This document shows, in pieces, positions 19,536-30,766 of a stretch of DNA of 64,000 bases; the stretch's first letter is position 1, and the number at the start of each line of letters is the position of its first letter. The position numbers and the translations under genes were made by a program. This DNA comes from Chloroflexota bacterium (lineage in GTDB: Bacteria > Chloroflexota > Dehalococcoidia > Lucifugimonadales > JADFKI01), in assembly GCA_027623195.1 (NCBI GenBank), contig JAQBUT010000002.1, positions 32,001 to 96,000 of the forward strand. Reading direction: 5' to 3'. The notes under the pieces were generated by a model. That model saw only the letters and a list, made by a program, of their open reading frames with translations. It ran no database searches and was not told where the DNA came from.

Positions 19536-20645
19536 CTAACCTTGTGGTCGTCCACCCAACTCGTTCTTTTCCCAGAGCTCCCCTAGGCTGTATTCCTCTA
19601 ACCATGAAACGAGCCCCTCCGATTCGAGTCGGCGAAACTCGGTGCGACCATCCACGCAATCTGCCACCAAGACATCTTCGGGTTCGAAGTAATTCAAAAG
19701 AATCGGCGATTGCGTGGAAACTATCACCTGAGTCTCGATTGATACCTGTTGGATCAAAGATGCCAAGAGTCCGATAGCATATGGGTGTAGCCCGAGTTCC
19801 GGCTCGTCCACCAGAATAACCGACGGCCGATAGCGCTTCGGCTGGAGAAAAAGTGTGGTCAACGCTATGAATCGCAAGGTCCCGTCCGAGAGAGAGGATG
19901 CGTCGAAATAATCATCGGAGTTTCGATGACTCCACTCTAATCGAACCTTTTCCGTGTTCAATCGTTGTGGTTCAAGCTGAAAGTCATCGAAAAACGGTGC
20001 CACTTGTTGCACTGTGCGCCGGATGAATTGGTAGGATTCGGGCTCTTTCTGCCCAAGGTAGTAAAGGAACCCTGCCAAGTTCGAGCCATCAGGTCGCAGA
20101 AATCTATTGTCATTAATGTCAGCGGTTCTCTTTATTGGGGAATCGGAACCGGTGTCGTGGAAATGATAAATTCGCCAACTGTCTAAGTCCTTTCGCACGT
20201 AGTAAGCGACACGACTCGCCGATGAACGGCTGATACCAGCTTCATTTCCCTCCCTCTTAAGGGGCTCGGCATATTGCGGTCCGTCGGGATACTGCTGCTT
20301 GTGCCAATAATAGACGGATTCGGAGTATGGAATGAGTCCGTCAGTCACAGTGGGTCGAAGCTCGATTTTATAATGATTTTGGTCGTCATTAAACGATACT
20401 TGCACCTCTATTGCCGTCGTCGTCTTGGATCCAAAATGTAACAATCTGTTGGCTCCACCTGCCGTAGCGACATAGTCTTCAAGGTGCCCATCTCGTATGG
20501 CACGCAAGAAATCGAACACTCCTACAAAATTAGACTTCCCTGAACCATTTGGGCCAATTAGCAAGTTGATGGCCTTCATGTTCAGATTCTCAACGGAGGC
20601 CATGCTTTTGAAGCCTTTGATAGTGATGGTGTTGAGTGGGGGCAT
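19536..20645 (-). CDS. ABC-type AAA ATPase (AAA_21 / AbiEii-like)
   Basis: IKGFKS, GPNGSGKSN, LSDGTLRF, LVDEPELGLHP, STQSP, LGELWEKN..GG.P. Confidence 0.9.
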   Translation of the reverse strand: MPPLNTITIKGFKSMASVENLNMKAINLLIGPNGSGKSNFVGVFDFLRAIRDGHLEDYVATAGGANRLLHFGSKTTTAIEVQVSFNDDQNHYKIELRPTVTDGLIPYSESVYYWHKQQYPDGPQYAEPLKREGNEAGISRSSASRVAYYVRKDLDSWRIYHFHDTGSDSPIKRTADINDNRFLRPDGSNLAGFLYYLGQKEPESYQFIRRTVQQVAPFFDDFQLEPQRLNTEKVRLEWSHRNSDDYFDASSLSDGTLRFIALTTLFLQPKRYRPSVILVDEPELGLHPYAIGLLASLIQQVSIETQVIVSTQSPILLNYFEPEDVLVADCVDGRTEFRRLESEGLVSWLEEYSLGELWEKNELGGRPQG

Positions 20646-20816
20646 GCACTGTTCTCTCGCGCGGTAACAATAGAAAGTCTCACCGCTTTCCAAATATGTC
20701 CAAATACACATGAGTAAGATGGTGCGTATTTATTATATATTGTCGAGGCGCGTCAGAGTGAGACGCACCACTATTTCCTCACCCTCGAGGCAATCTTACG
20801 GCTACAAGTGCCATCT

Positions 20817-23800
20817 TCACTTCCTTGCCTCCCCCTTGTACCAGCCCAATGGCTTGATGTTGTATTGGGTGCCGCTGTTGGATAGGCACTCTACGGCGAC
20901 GCGAGCGGTGTCCAGCGAGGTGTAGCATGGGATGCGCACGCCAACGGCGGCCCTGCGTATCTCGAAGCCGTCCTCCATCGACGCTCGGTCCCCCTCGATG
21001 GTGTTTACCACCGCGTTGACGGTCCCGTTCGTTATGAGGTCTACGGTATTGGGATGCTCCGACTCGTGGGCCTTGGCAATCTCGATAACGTCGATTTCCA
21101 GGCCGCGAATCATGGCTGCGGTGCCGCCGGTGGCGTACAGCTTGTAGCCTGCCTCGTTCAGTTGCCGGATCATCGGCACAGCCTCGGCCTTGCTGCGGTC
21201 GGAAATGCTAATCAGCATGGAGCCTTTCTCCGGCAGCATGAGGCCCGACGCCATCAAGGCCTTGGACACCGCCGATGAGAAGGTCTTGTCGATTCCCATC
21301 ACCTCGCCGGTGGACTTCATTTCCGGGCCAAGGTAGGTGTCTACGCCAGTCAGCTTGGCCATGGAGAACACCGGAGCCTTTACAGCCACCAGGTCTTGCT
21401 TCTTCCAAAGTCCGCCCTCGTAGCCCTCGTCCTTGAGGTTCTTGCCAAGCATTGCCTTGATTGCCAGGCGTATCATGGGCACGCCGGTGACCTTGGATAT
21501 GAAGGGTATGGTGCGGCTGGCACGCGGGTTGACCTCGATGACGTAGACCTCGGTCTTGCCGCTGGCCTGGCCTGTGGACCCCGGGCTGCGGTAGGCCGGC
21601 CCGCCCACGACAACGTACTGGATGTTCATGAGACCCTTGACCTGCAGCTCCCGACCAATACGGGTGGTGTAGTCGACGATGGTGTTAACCTCGTCATCGC
21701 TAAGCGTTAGGCCGGGGTATATCGCCATAGAGTCGCCGCTGTGCACACCGGCCCGCTCCACATGCTCCATGATGCCTGGAATCAGCACATTCTCGCCGTC
21801 GCAGACCGCGTCCACCTCTACCTCGCGGCCCTCGAAGTACTTGTCGATGAGCACCCGCCGCCCCATGCCCGCCTCGAAGGCCGAACTCATGTAGCGCACC
21901 AACTCGGTGGCGTTCTGAACTATTTCCATGGCGCGACCACCTAGCACGTAGCTCGGCCTGACCAGAACGGGGTAGCCTACCTCTTGCGCCACGTTTAGCG
22001 CCTGTTCCAGATTGGTCACGGTGGCTCCCGGAGGGTTGGGAATGCCAGTGCTGGCCAGAAACTCCTCGAAGAGCTGTCGGTCCGATGCAATGTCGATAGA
22101 TTGGGCGGTGGAGCCAAGAATAGGCATTCCAACAGCGTCCAGCGTCTGCGATAGGTTGATAGCTGTCTGCCCGCCGAACTGAACTATCGAAGCCGGGGAT
22201 ACCTCATCGCCATCCTCATTCAGGACAGCTTCGTTCTCCAGAATGTCGCGAACGCTCTCGTCGTCCAGGGGTTCGAAATATAGCCTGTCGCTGGTGTCGA
22301 AGTCGGTGGAGACGGTCTCAGGGTTGGAGTTGACCATTATGCTCTTTACGCCATCTTCGCTTAGCGCCCAGGCGGCGTGCACGGAGCAGTAGTCGAACTC
22401 GATACCCTGCCCTATTCTGATGGGGCCGCTGCCGATAACCAGCGCCTTGTTGCCGGGCATGGACACAGCCTCGTTCTCCTGCTCGTATGTGCTGTAGAAG
22501 TACGGCGTCACGGCTTCGAACTCGGCGGCGCAGGTGTCCACCATCTTGTATACGGGGATGATGCCCCACTGCTGCCGGAGCCGACGCACCTGCTCTGTGG
22601 TCCTGTCCGTTAGCACGCCAATCTTCTCGTCGGAGAATCCCAGGTGTTTGGCCTCACGCATCAACTCGGCGTCCAGGTGCCCGTTGAGAAGTCGATTATC
22701 CATTAAAGCTATATTCTGAAAGGCCCTGGTGAACCATGGGTCGATGCCGGTGAGCCGCGACAACGTCTCCGGCGTCACATCCCTGCGAAGGGCGTAAAGG
22801 AGTCCCCACAGGCGTTCGTCGTTGGGGTGCAGAGGTAGATTGGGGAGTTTTTGCTCCCCGTTAACCTGCGTTTTTGCCTCGGTACTCTCCGGATTGCCAA
22901 AAGACTCGGAAAGATTCCAGTCGGAGTCCTCCCAAAGAATATCGCGGTTGGTTATCTCAAGAGACCGCACGGCCTTCTGGAACGCTGCCTCGAAGGAGCG
23001 GTCAATGGCCATGACCTCTCCGGTGGCCTTCATCTGCGTGTTGATGGACCTATCGCCCGCCGTGAACTTGTCGAAGGGCCAGCGGGGTATCTTGACCACG
23101 CAGTAGTCCAGCGCGGGCTCGAAGGCGGCCAGCGTCATCTGCGTTACGGCATTAGGAATCTCATCCAGATGTTTCCCCACAGCGATCTTGGCGGCAACGC
23201 GCGCAATTGGGTAGCCCGTGGCCTTACTGGCCAGCGCCGAGCTACGGCTTACGCGGGGGTTGACCTCGATGATGTAGTAAGGGCTGTCTGCCCTGCCGTT
23301 TTCAGGCAGCGTTTTGGCAACAATGTCGCCGGGTTCCAGCGCCATCTGTATGTTACAGCCGCCCTCGATACCCAGCGCGCGGATAATCTTGAGGCTGGCA
23401 GAGCGCAGCATCTGGTACTCTTTGTCCGACAGGGTTTGGCTGGGGGCCACGACGATGCTATCACCAGTGTGCACGCCCATGGGGTCGATGTTCTCCATGT
23501 TACAGACGGTGATGCAGTTGTCTGTGGCGTCTCGGATTACCTCGTATTCGATCTCTTTCCAACCGATGAGCGACTTCTCCAGAAGCACCTGAGTTATGGG
23601 ACTGGCCGCCAGTCCGCCAGCGGTTATGGACTCAAACTCCTCTCGAGTGTTGGCGATGCCTCCGCCGGTGCCGCCCAGCGTGTACGCGGGCCTTATGACC
23701 AGAGGGAGGCCTATGTCCTCCACCGCCTGCCAAGCCTCTTCCATGGAGCTGACTATGGAACTGGGCGCCACAGGTTCGCCAATCTCCGTGAGTAGATTCC

Positions 23801-24197
23801 GGAACAGCTCTCGATCCTCGGCGTTCCTTATGGTCTGCAAGGGAGTGCCAAGAAGCCGGACATTGTACTTTTCCAGGATGCCGGCCTCGGCAAGCTCCAC
23901 TGCCAGGTTGAGGCCAGTCTGACCACCAAGGGTAGGCAGTATGCCGTCGGGACGCTCGGCGTCGATTATTCGATCAAGCACCTCGACGGTTAGCGGCTCG
24001 ATGTAGACGACATCTGCGATGCCCTCATCAGTCATGATGGTTGCGGGATTGGAGTTCACGAGGACAGTGATAACCCCCTCTTCCCGCAGGGCCTTGCAGG
24101 CCTGGGTGCCGGCGTAATCGAACTCGGCTGCCTGCCCAATGACGATGGGCCCCGAGCCTATAACGAGAACTTTTTTGGGTTTGCCGGATTCTGGCAC
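20817..24197 (-). CDS. carB: carbamoyl-phosphate synthase large subunit
   Basis: [56 protein letters not shown] domain. Confidence 0.98.
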   Translation of the reverse strand: MPESGKPKKVLVIGSGPIVIGQAAEFDYAGTQACKALREEGVITVLVNSNPATIMTDEGIADVVYIEPLTVEVLDRIIDAERPDGILPTLGGQTGLNLAVELAEAGILEKYNVRLLGTPLQTIRNAEDRELFRNLLTEIGEPVAPSSIVSSMEEAWQAVEDIGLPLVIRPAYTLGGTGGGIANTREEFESITAGGLAASPITQVLLEKSLIGWKEIEYEVIRDATDNCITVCNMENIDPMGVHTGDSIVVAPSQTLSDKEYQMLRSASLKIIRALGIEGGCNIQMALEPGDIVAKTLPENGRADSPYYIIEVNPRVSRSSALASKATGYPIARVAAKIAVGKHLDEIPNAVTQMTLAAFEPALDYCVVKIPRWPFDKFTAGDRSINTQMKATGEVMAIDRSFEAAFQKAVRSLEITNRDILWEDSDWNLSESFGNPESTEAKTQVNGEQKLPNLPLHPNDERLWGLLYALRRDVTPETLSRLTGIDPWFTRAFQNIALMDNRLLNGHLDAELMREAKHLGFSDEKIGVLTDRTTEQVRRLRQQWGIIPVYKMVDTCAAEFEAVTPYFYSTYEQENEAVSMPGNKALVIGSGPIRIGQGIEFDYCSVHAAWALSEDGVKSIMVNSNPETVSTDFDTSDRLYFEPLDDESVRDILENEAVLNEDGDEVSPASIVQFGGQTAINLSQTLDAVGMPILGSTAQSIDIASDRQLFEEFLASTGIPNPPGATVTNLEQALNVAQEVGYPVLVRPSYVLGGRAMEIVQNATELVRYMSSAFEAGMGRRVLIDKYFEGREVEVDAVCDGENVLIPGIMEHVERAGVHSGDSMAIYPGLTLSDDEVNTIVDYTTRIGRELQVKGLMNIQYVVVGGPAYRSPGSTGQASGKTEVYVIEVNPRASRTIPFISKVTGVPMIRLAIKAMLGKNLKDEGYEGGLWKKQDLVAVKAPVFSMAKLTGVDTYLGPEMKSTGEVMGIDKTFSSAVSKALMASGLMLPEKGSMLISISDRSKAEAVPMIRQLNEAGYKLYATGGTAAMIRGLEIDVIEIAKAHESEHPNTVDLITNGTVNAVVNTIEGDRASMEDGFEIRRAAVGVRIPCYTSLDTARVAVECLSNSGTQYNIKPLGWYKGEARK

Positions 24198-24223
24198 GCT
24201 TAGATATGACCTCTTTTTAGCAT

Positions 24224-24631
24224 TTACTCGATCTCAAATTCAGTGGTTAGATTGCCAACTGCAACCGTGTAGAGGCCCGGCCGCAGCACCTCGGTGTCTA
24301 TGGGAACGATGTGAATGAACTGTGCGACCGAGCCCACCCGTGTCTCGCATCCATCTTTGCCCGTGCGCGCGGTCTCGATCTCCAAAGTGATTGTTCTGCC
24401 GTTGATTTCCTGGTTTACATTACTTATTCGAGAGCATGAGTGGTCGAACGACCCGTTGAGGACAATCTCAATCTCTTCGTTCGTCAGATCGTTACCAGGT
24501 CGGGACTCGATGGAAAACATTCGCGCCTCGTGAAGCTCGTCCACGACCGGAGGCGCCGCTCCCCCAGAGGAACAGGCTGTAACTATAAGCGCAAAGGAAA
24601 TGACGCCTAAGAGATTACGAAGCCTGTTCAA
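24224..24631 (-). CDS. putative lipoprotein
   Basis: Signal peptide with lipobox VTAC; two further Cys in a beta-rich domain. Confidence 0.7.
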   Translation of the reverse strand: MNRLRNLLGVISFALIVTACSSGGAAPPVVDELHEARMFSIESRPGNDLTNEEIEIVLNGSFDHSCSRISNVNQEINGRTITLEIETARTGKDGCETRVGSVAQFIHIVPIDTEVLRPGLYTVAVGNLTTEFEIE

Positions 24632-25388
24632 TGCCGTTGGCCTTCAGGTATTCCGTCATCTTGTCCGGGAAATTTACGGTGCCGCCGTCGGCCCCTGCGT
24701 CCACTACACGGCGCATTAATTCTTCGTTGGTCAGGCCCCAGCATCGCACTACGAAGCCGGCATCACGAATCTTGCTCACCAACTCCGGAGTCGTGATGTT
24801 GGCGCGGGGGCAAATCTGGCTGATGCCTATTTCCTTCGCCTCGTGGATAAACGAGTCGTTCCACGGCGAGCCGTCTCCCGATGGCACGAGCCATCCTTTG
24901 GGAAGCACAGCATCGTACTCCGCCGCCTCCTGAAGCCATTGCTTGTGGAACGAGGTGATGGTCGCGCTGTCATTCAGGCCGTGCGCGCGAACCATGTCGA
25001 TGGTCCGTCTTGATAGGCCGGGTTTGGCATCCCGCGCCTTAATTTCGATATGAAAGTGCAGTCGGCCCTTATAGTGCTGTAACACCTCGGCTAACGTATG
25101 AATAGGCTCTCCGGCGAACTCCGGGCCAAACCATGCCCCGGCATCCAGCTTTTGAATGTCTGCCAGGCTCTTGCCTGATACCGGGCCTGTGCCGTCTGTG
25201 GTGCGGTCTACGATATCGTCATGAATGACCACAATGTGATCGTCGCTAGTGAAGTGGACGTCCAGCTCGATGTGGCTGATGCCCATGGCTAGCGCCTTGT
25301 CGTAGGCGGCAAAGGTGTTCTCAGGCGCGTAAGACGACGCGCCCCTGTGGGCGATGTTTATGAATGTTCTTGAATGTGAATCTAGCAT
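24615..25388 (-). CDS. glycerophosphodiester phosphodiesterase family protein
   Basis: IAHRGAS..APENT, IELDV, VIHD..VDRTT, IEIK. Confidence 0.93.
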   Translation of the reverse strand: MLDSHSRTFINIAHRGASSYAPENTFAAYDKALAMGISHIELDVHFTSDDHIVVIHDDIVDRTTDGTGPVSGKSLADIQKLDAGAWFGPEFAGEPIHTLAEVLQHYKGRLHFHIEIKARDAKPGLSRRTIDMVRAHGLNDSATITSFHKQWLQEAAEYDAVLPKGWLVPSGDGSPWNDSFIHEAKEIGISQICPRANITTPELVSKIRDAGFVVRCWGLTNEELMRRVVDAGADGGTVNFPDKMTEYLKANGIEQAS

Positions 25389-25393
25389 CGCGT

Positions 25394-26524
25394 TTATTCC
25401 TTGGCCTCGCGTACCATGTCCAAAAATTTGTCGAAGATGTACTCGTTGTCCAGGGGGCCGGGCGAGGCCTCCGAGTGGTACTGAATCGTCATGATGGGCA
25501 ACGACTTGTGCCGGATGCCTTCTACCGTGCCGTCGTTGAGATTCAGGTGGCTTACCTCTAGGTCTGATGGAAGGCTGTCAGCGTCCACCGCGAAGCCGTG
25601 GTTCTGCGCCGTGATATGCACCAGGCCGGTCTCCAGGTCTTTGACCGGGTGGTTGGCCCCTCTGTGGCCGAACTTCAGCTTGAAGGTCTTGCCTCCAAAG
25701 GCTCTTGCGACGACCTGGTTGCCCAGGCAAATGCCAAAAATGGGTAGCTTGCCCACCAGGTCCTTGGCCGTTTGCACGGCGTAGTCCAGGTGCTCCGGGT
25801 CGCCAGGGCCGGGGGAGAGCAGCACGCCATCGGGTTTGTGCGCCAGTATGTCCTCCGCTGTGGACGTAGCTGGCATGGCTACCACTTCACAGCCCTTGGA
25901 GCGCAGCATACGGAGGATGTTGTACTTCAGGCCGCAGTCGCTGACCAGTATTTTGTACTTTGTTTCCGGAACCTCTTTATTGGTGTACGGCGTGCTGGAC
26001 GGACTTGCAAGAGGCTGGTCCCAAGCGTACGGCTCCTCAGTGCTGACCTGACGCACGAAGTCGATATCGCCGTAGGTTGGTAGGTCCTGGAGGCGGGTTA
26101 GCGCTGCCTGCGGGGTCTGGCCCACAGCTATCATCCCCATCATCACGCCGCTGGTCCTGAGCCTGCGAGTGATGGCTCGGGTGTCCAGGCCGCTTATGCC
26201 TGGTATGCCCTGCGATTTCAAGAAATCGTCCAGTGTCATGGTGCTGAGCGAGTGACTAGGGCGCAGGCTGTGTTCCCGTACCACGAAGCCCGAGACCTGC
26301 ACTTGCTTCGATTCGAAGTCCCGTTCGTTGATGCCGTAGTTGCCTATCAACGGATAGGTTGGGATCACAATTTGCCCGGCGAACGACGGGTCGGTGAGCA
26401 TCTCCTGGTAGCCCGTCATCGACGTTGCGAAGACGACCTCGCCATGCACGGATTTATCCGCGCCAAAAGAGTAGCCGGAGTAAATGGACCCGTCTTCCAG
26501 GACCAGGTGCGCGGGTTTTCTCAT
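25394..26524 (-). CDS. carA: carbamoyl-phosphate synthase small subunit
   Basis: LVLEDG, GEVVF.TSMTGYQE.LTDPS, SPGPGDP, GICLG, FGHRGANHPV, QYHSEASPGP. Confidence 0.98.
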   Translation of the reverse strand: MRKPAHLVLEDGSIYSGYSFGADKSVHGEVVFATSMTGYQEMLTDPSFAGQIVIPTYPLIGNYGINERDFESKQVQVSGFVVREHSLRPSHSLSTMTLDDFLKSQGIPGISGLDTRAITRRLRTSGVMMGMIAVGQTPQAALTRLQDLPTYGDIDFVRQVSTEEPYAWDQPLASPSSTPYTNKEVPETKYKILVSDCGLKYNILRMLRSKGCEVVAMPATSTAEDILAHKPDGVLLSPGPGDPEHLDYAVQTAKDLVGKLPIFGICLGNQVVARAFGGKTFKLKFGHRGANHPVKDLETGLVHITAQNHGFAVDADSLPSDLEVSHLNLNDGTVEGIRHKSLPIMTIQYHSEASPGPLDNEYIFDKFLDMVREAKE

Positions 26525-26525
26525 A

Positions 26526-27248
26526 TCAGTTAGCACTCAGCGATAGCAGGTGTCCCACCAGCTCCTCGGGCGCAGAGAGGAACGGCGAATGGCTGGTGTC
26601 CATAGTGAAGACCTGTTTGCATGGCAATGCTGCATACATTGCCCTCTGAGCATCGATTGGTATTGCCTTGTCCTGCAGGCACTCGATGTACACCCTGGGC
26701 ACCCGGCCAAAATTGGCATCTGTGGTCTTCATTGGCGCGCCTGATGCCTCGATAGACTGCGGGCATACCAGCGACTTCGCCCTCTCTACGTCTTCGTCAG
26801 AGCAATCGAAGTAGAAGATGTCTTTAGCTAATTCCGGTCTAATGGTGCGGTAAACGCCGTCTTTGGACACGATGCCGGAGGCAGCCCTCTCTGCGTTGGA
26901 GCGTTGCGGACTGTCGGGTACCTGGCTTTTACCACTCTTCAGCAGCGCAGCCGTCAGATACACCAGCGTGTTGATGCTGCCGGGGCAGTACTCCGCTGCC
27001 TGGGTTATTACCCTGCCGCCCATGCTGTGGCCCACGAGGATTACGGGTTCCCCTTGAGCCCCCGCCACCTCACACGCCCTCCTGGCATAGGCGTCCAGCG
27101 TCACCTCTCCGATAGGCGTGCGGTCCTGGCCGTGGCTCGGCAGGTCTGGCGCGACGGCCTTGTGTCCCGCCGCCTCCAGCAGCGGCACCACCTTATCCCA
27201 GCACCATCCGCCGTGGTACGCGCCGTGTATTAATACGTAAGTGCTCAT
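26526..27248 (-). CDS. alpha/beta hydrolase (methylesterase / salicylate esterase-like)
   Basis: LIHGAYHGGWCW, APDLPSHG, GHSMGG, D.AI, HSPFLSAP. Confidence 0.92.
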   Translation of the reverse strand: MSTYVLIHGAYHGGWCWDKVVPLLEAAGHKAVAPDLPSHGQDRTPIGEVTLDAYARRACEVAGAQGEPVILVGHSMGGRVITQAAEYCPGSINTLVYLTAALLKSGKSQVPDSPQRSNAERAASGIVSKDGVYRTIRPELAKDIFYFDCSDEDVERAKSLVCPQSIEASGAPMKTTDANFGRVPRVYIECLQDKAIPIDAQRAMYAALPCKQVFTMDTSHSPFLSAPEELVGHLLSLSAN

Positions 27249-27264
27249 TTAGTTATGAATCCTA

Positions 27265-28623
27265 TTACCTAGCTGCGGACGGTTCCGTCTGATATCTAAC
27301 GTCCCCACCAACCAACGTGGCCACGACCTGCCCCTTTAGCGTGGCGCCGTCGATGGGCGTGTTCTTGCCTTTGGACAGGAAGCTTTCGGCGTCGACCACC
27401 CACTCCTTGTCGGGGTCGATGATCGTGATGTCGGCCTGGGCTCCTACTTTCAAGGTGCCGATGTCAGACCTTGCCAAGAACTTGGCTGGCCCTAAAGTGA
27501 GCTTTTCGATAAGAAGCAGAAGATCGATGTCCTTGTGATGGACCAGCGACATTAACTGCCCCAGGGCCGTCTCCAGCACGCTGATGCCGAAGGCCGCCTG
27601 CTGGAAGGTGCACATCTTGTCCGTGCGGTTGTGAGGCGCGTGGTCGGTGGCGATGAAGTCGATAGTGCCCTCTTTAAGGCCCTGAATCATAGCCAATCTA
27701 TCGGCCTCCACTCGCAGAGGCGGATTGACCTTGGCGAAGGTGTCGTAGGCGGAAGTGTTAAGCGGTTCGAAGGCCGTATCGCCGTGATGTTGGCCAAGAA
27801 CAGTCTCATCCGTAAGCGTCAGGTGATGCGGCGTTACCTCGCAGGTTACGTTATCAAGCCCGCGTTCCTTGGCTCTGCGCACCAGGTCCAGCGCGCCCGT
27901 GGTGCTCAGGTGAGCCACGTGGTAGCGGCCTCCCGTAAGTTCTGCCAGCGATATGTCCCTGGAGACCATAACGTCTTCTGCCGAGTTTGGTATGCCCTTG
28001 ATTCCCAGCCTGTTGGAGACCCAGCTCTCGTTCATGGAACCACCATTGAACAACGCTGGTTCCTCGCAGTGGTTGATGATGGGCAGACCCTGGGAAGAGC
28101 TATAAGCCAGCGCCTGTCTCATGATGTTGGAGTCTGTCACCGGGTGGCCGTCGTCGCTGAAGCCGATTACGCCAGCCTCAGCTAGCTCACCCATCTCGGC
28201 CAACTCTTTGCCCAGGCTACCCTTGGTGATGCAGCCGATGGCCAGCACTCGGACCGAAGCCTCGTCGCGGGCCTTGCGCAGTACGTATTCGACTGTAGCC
28301 CAAGTGTCCATAGTCGGGCTGGTATTGGGCATGGCGCACACCGTGGTGAAACCGCCCTTGGCCGCTGCTGCGGTGCCGGTTGCTATGGTCTCTTTGTCCT
28401 CGAAGCCGGGCTCCCTCAAGTGGCAGTGTAGATCGATGAAACCTGGGCTGACTACCAGTCCGGAGGCGTCGATAACGTCGCACGAGTCCGGCGGGTCTAT
28501 ATTGCCTTCAATAGCATGAACTACGCCATTCTTCACCAACAGGTCGGCCACCTGGTCCATGCCCTGGCTGGGGTCAACGATGCGTCCGCCTTTTATGAGC
28601 ACCTGGATTAGCGCCTTCTCCAT
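27265..28623 (-). CDS. pyrC: dihydroorotase
   Basis: DLHCHLREPG, MPNT, EVTPHHL, KVNPPLR, ATDHAPH, SKGKNTP. Confidence 0.97.
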   Translation of the reverse strand: MEKALIQVLIKGGRIVDPSQGMDQVADLLVKNGVVHAIEGNIDPPDSCDVIDASGLVVSPGFIDLHCHLREPGFEDKETIATGTAAAAKGGFTTVCAMPNTSPTMDTWATVEYVLRKARDEASVRVLAIGCITKGSLGKELAEMGELAEAGVIGFSDDGHPVTDSNIMRQALAYSSSQGLPIINHCEEPALFNGGSMNESWVSNRLGIKGIPNSAEDVMVSRDISLAELTGGRYHVAHLSTTGALDLVRRAKERGLDNVTCEVTPHHLTLTDETVLGQHHGDTAFEPLNTSAYDTFAKVNPPLRVEADRLAMIQGLKEGTIDFIATDHAPHNRTDKMCTFQQAAFGISVLETALGQLMSLVHHKDIDLLLLIEKLTLGPAKFLARSDIGTLKVGAQADITIIDPDKEWVVDAESFLSKGKNTPIDGATLKGQVVATLVGGDVRYQTEPSAAR

Positions 28624-28991
28624 TAACTTGTCCCCTCAAACCTGTCTAGAATCTCCAGCACATGCGGGTACACCGATACTTCGTTGATTCGGTCCCACCA
28701 GAAGAACTCCTCCACGGTAACGTCGTCGCGGACGTTGACTTCTCCCTCGGCCTGGATTCGGAATACGTGGTGATTGTTGTGTTTGCCGCCGTGCTGGAAA
28801 AGGTATGCGATTGTAGAAGCTACCAGAGTAGTCTCCTCATGAAGCTCCCTTGCTACTGCGGATATGGCCAGCTCGTCTGCTTCAATGCCTCCGCCGGGCA
28901 ATGCGAAGCTTGGCCTGTTGCGGTCGCGCACCAGCAGCACCTTCTCGTCGCGCATCAGAATAGCGGTTGCCCTTTGCCGAATTGACGACAA
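28623..28991 (-). CDS. NUDIX hydrolase
   Basis: LPGGGIE..E....AVARELHEET; TTG start after GGGAGG (the track's longer start overlaps pyrB). Confidence 0.85.
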   Translation of the reverse strand: MSSIRQRATAILMRDEKVLLVRDRNRPSFALPGGGIEADELAISAVARELHEETTLVASTIAYLFQHGGKHNNHHVFRIQAEGEVNVRDDVTVEEFFWWDRINEVSVYPHVLEILDRFEGTS

Positions 28992-28992
28992 G

Positions 28993-30051
28993 CTATCTTG
29001 CCTCCCTGATGGGCGTGGCGATGCCGTACAAGAGGGCCATGCGGACGGCCACGCCGTTGGTAACCTGTTCCTCGATGACCGACCTGGCTCCATGGGCTAC
29101 GTCCGGATCGATTTCGACGCCCTCGTTTACCGGCCCCGGATGCATTACCAGCACCTCGGGCTTGGCAAGGGCCAGACGCTTCCGGTTAATCCCATAGATT
29201 TTTGAGTATTCTCGCAGGCTGGGGAGATGCCCGGCCTGCTGGCGTTCCGACTGCAGGCGCAGCGTCATCACCACGTCCGCATCTGCCAAAGCCCTCTCCA
29301 AGTTAGGCTCGACGGTCACAGCGCTGAATGGATGGCCCTCCACCTCTTTCCCGCCGTTGAGGAAGTCCGTGGGCATTAGCGTGGGTGGTCCGCAGAGGAC
29401 TACATCTGCGCCCATCTTCGTTAGGCCCCACAGGTTGGAGCGCGCTACGCGGCTATAGAGCACGTCCCCAACTATGACAACCTTTAGGCCCGCGATCTTA
29501 CCAAGATGCTTTCTAATCGTGTACATATCAAGCAGAGCCTGCGTCGGGTGGGCGTGCATGCCGTCACCTGCGTTAATCACCGAGGCGTCGAGGAACCTGG
29601 AGAGGAAGTGAGGCGCACCGGAATCTGGGTGGCGAATCACAATTATGTCGGCGTTCATTGCTTGCAGCGTCAGCGCCGTGTTGTAGAGGGACTCGCCCTT
29701 CTCCACGCTGCTGCCTCTACCAGAGACGTTGATAACGTCTGCACTGAGGATCTTGCCCGCCTGCTCGAAGGATACCCTGGTGCGGGTGCTGGCCTCATAG
29801 AACATCGTTATAACGCTCTTGCCCCTAAGCGTTGGCACTTTCTTGATATCCCGTTGCAACACCTCTTTCATGGCATCGGTGTTCTGCAACACCGTCTCGA
29901 TTTCTCCCACGGAGAAGTCGTCCAGGTCGAGTATATGCTTTCGCGGGAGGCTAGGTTCATGCCCGTTGGTGTGAATATCGGTCATCAGGTGTTGCTGATT
30001 GGCAACCGGCACAGCGCCCGCCCCCAGTTGGCTAGACTGAGTCATCGTCAC
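28993..30051 (-). CDS. pyrB: aspartate carbamoyltransferase catalytic subunit
   Basis: [42 protein letters not shown]. Confidence 0.97.
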   Translation of the reverse strand: MTMTQSSQLGAGAVPVANQQHLMTDIHTNGHEPSLPRKHILDLDDFSVGEIETVLQNTDAMKEVLQRDIKKVPTLRGKSVITMFYEASTRTRVSFEQAGKILSADVINVSGRGSSVEKGESLYNTALTLQAMNADIIVIRHPDSGAPHFLSRFLDASVINAGDGMHAHPTQALLDMYTIRKHLGKIAGLKVVIVGDVLYSRVARSNLWGLTKMGADVVLCGPPTLMPTDFLNGGKEVEGHPFSAVTVEPNLERALADADVVMTLRLQSERQQAGHLPSLREYSKIYGINRKRLALAKPEVLVMHPGPVNEGVEIDPDVAHGARSVIEEQVTNGVAVRMALLYGIATPIREAR

Positions 30052-30592
30052 CTCTTCTTGTAAGCACTACCTCGTCCAGGCCGTCCACCTCTTTCATTCG
30101 CACGCGCACGTCCTCGTCGAAAGATGTTGGAACGTTCTTGCCCACGTAGTCTGCTCGTATGGGAAGCTCACGGTGGCCGCGGTCCACCAGCACTGCAAGC
30201 TGGATTTCGCTGGGCCTGCCGAAGTCGTTGAGCGCGTCCATGGCGGCGCGAATGGTGCGGCCTGTGTAGAGAACATCGTCAACTATGATGACGTGGCGCC
30301 CCTGGATATCAACTGGGATATCGGTCTTTTGCATCACCGGCCTAGCCCCTCCGGCCAGGTCGTCACGATACAGGCCGACATCCAGGGAGCCGGTGGCAAT
30401 ATCTTTGCCTTCGAACTCGCGTATGTAGGCTGCCAGTCGAGTGGTGAGGGGTACGCCCCGAGTGTGCATGCCGATGAGTACGACGTTTTGAACGCCACCG
30501 TTGCGCTCAAGAATCTCGTGGGAGATTCGCACCAGCGCACGCCGGATCTCGTCTGCGCTAAGGATAGTTCTTTCGCGTTCGGCCTGGGTCAT
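30032..30592 (-). CDS. pyrR: bifunctional pyr attenuation regulator / uracil phosphoribosyltransferase
   Basis: [49 protein letters not shown]. Confidence 0.97.
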   Translation of the reverse strand: MTQAERERTILSADEIRRALVRISHEILERNGGVQNVVLIGMHTRGVPLTTRLAAYIREFEGKDIATGSLDVGLYRDDLAGGARPVMQKTDIPVDIQGRHVIIVDDVLYTGRTIRAAMDALNDFGRPSEIQLAVLVDRGHRELPIRADYVGKNVPTSFDEDVRVRMKEVDGLDEVVLTRRGDDDSV

Positions 30593-30616
30593 GCCGCGCG
30601 CCTGTGATAGGCCAAC

Positions 30617-30647
30617 AAAAAAACCTCTCGCCCTTTGGCAAGAGGTT
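30617..30647 (-). terminator. attenuator terminator of the pyr leader
   Basis: Minus strand AACCTCTTGCC-AAAG-GGCGAGAGGTT followed by a T run, just upstream of pyrR. Confidence 0.85.
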
Positions 30648-30701
30648 CACGCTGCTATTCACAAGCCGACTCAATTCTAGGTGAGTCGCGCTATAGCCGC
30701 T

Positions 30702-30740
30702 ATCCCTTGCCAGCCTCACGGGACTGTATTAAAGGGTTGC
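30702..30740 (-). promoter_or_regulatory. PyrR binding loop (anti-antiterminator RNA element)
   Basis: Minus strand CCCTTTAATACAGTCCCGTGAGGCTGGCAAGGG matches the UUUAA...AGUCCNGNGAGGCU PyrR consensus. Confidence 0.9.
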
Positions 30741-30766
30741 TGCAAATTGCTTATACTGTATTCAAC

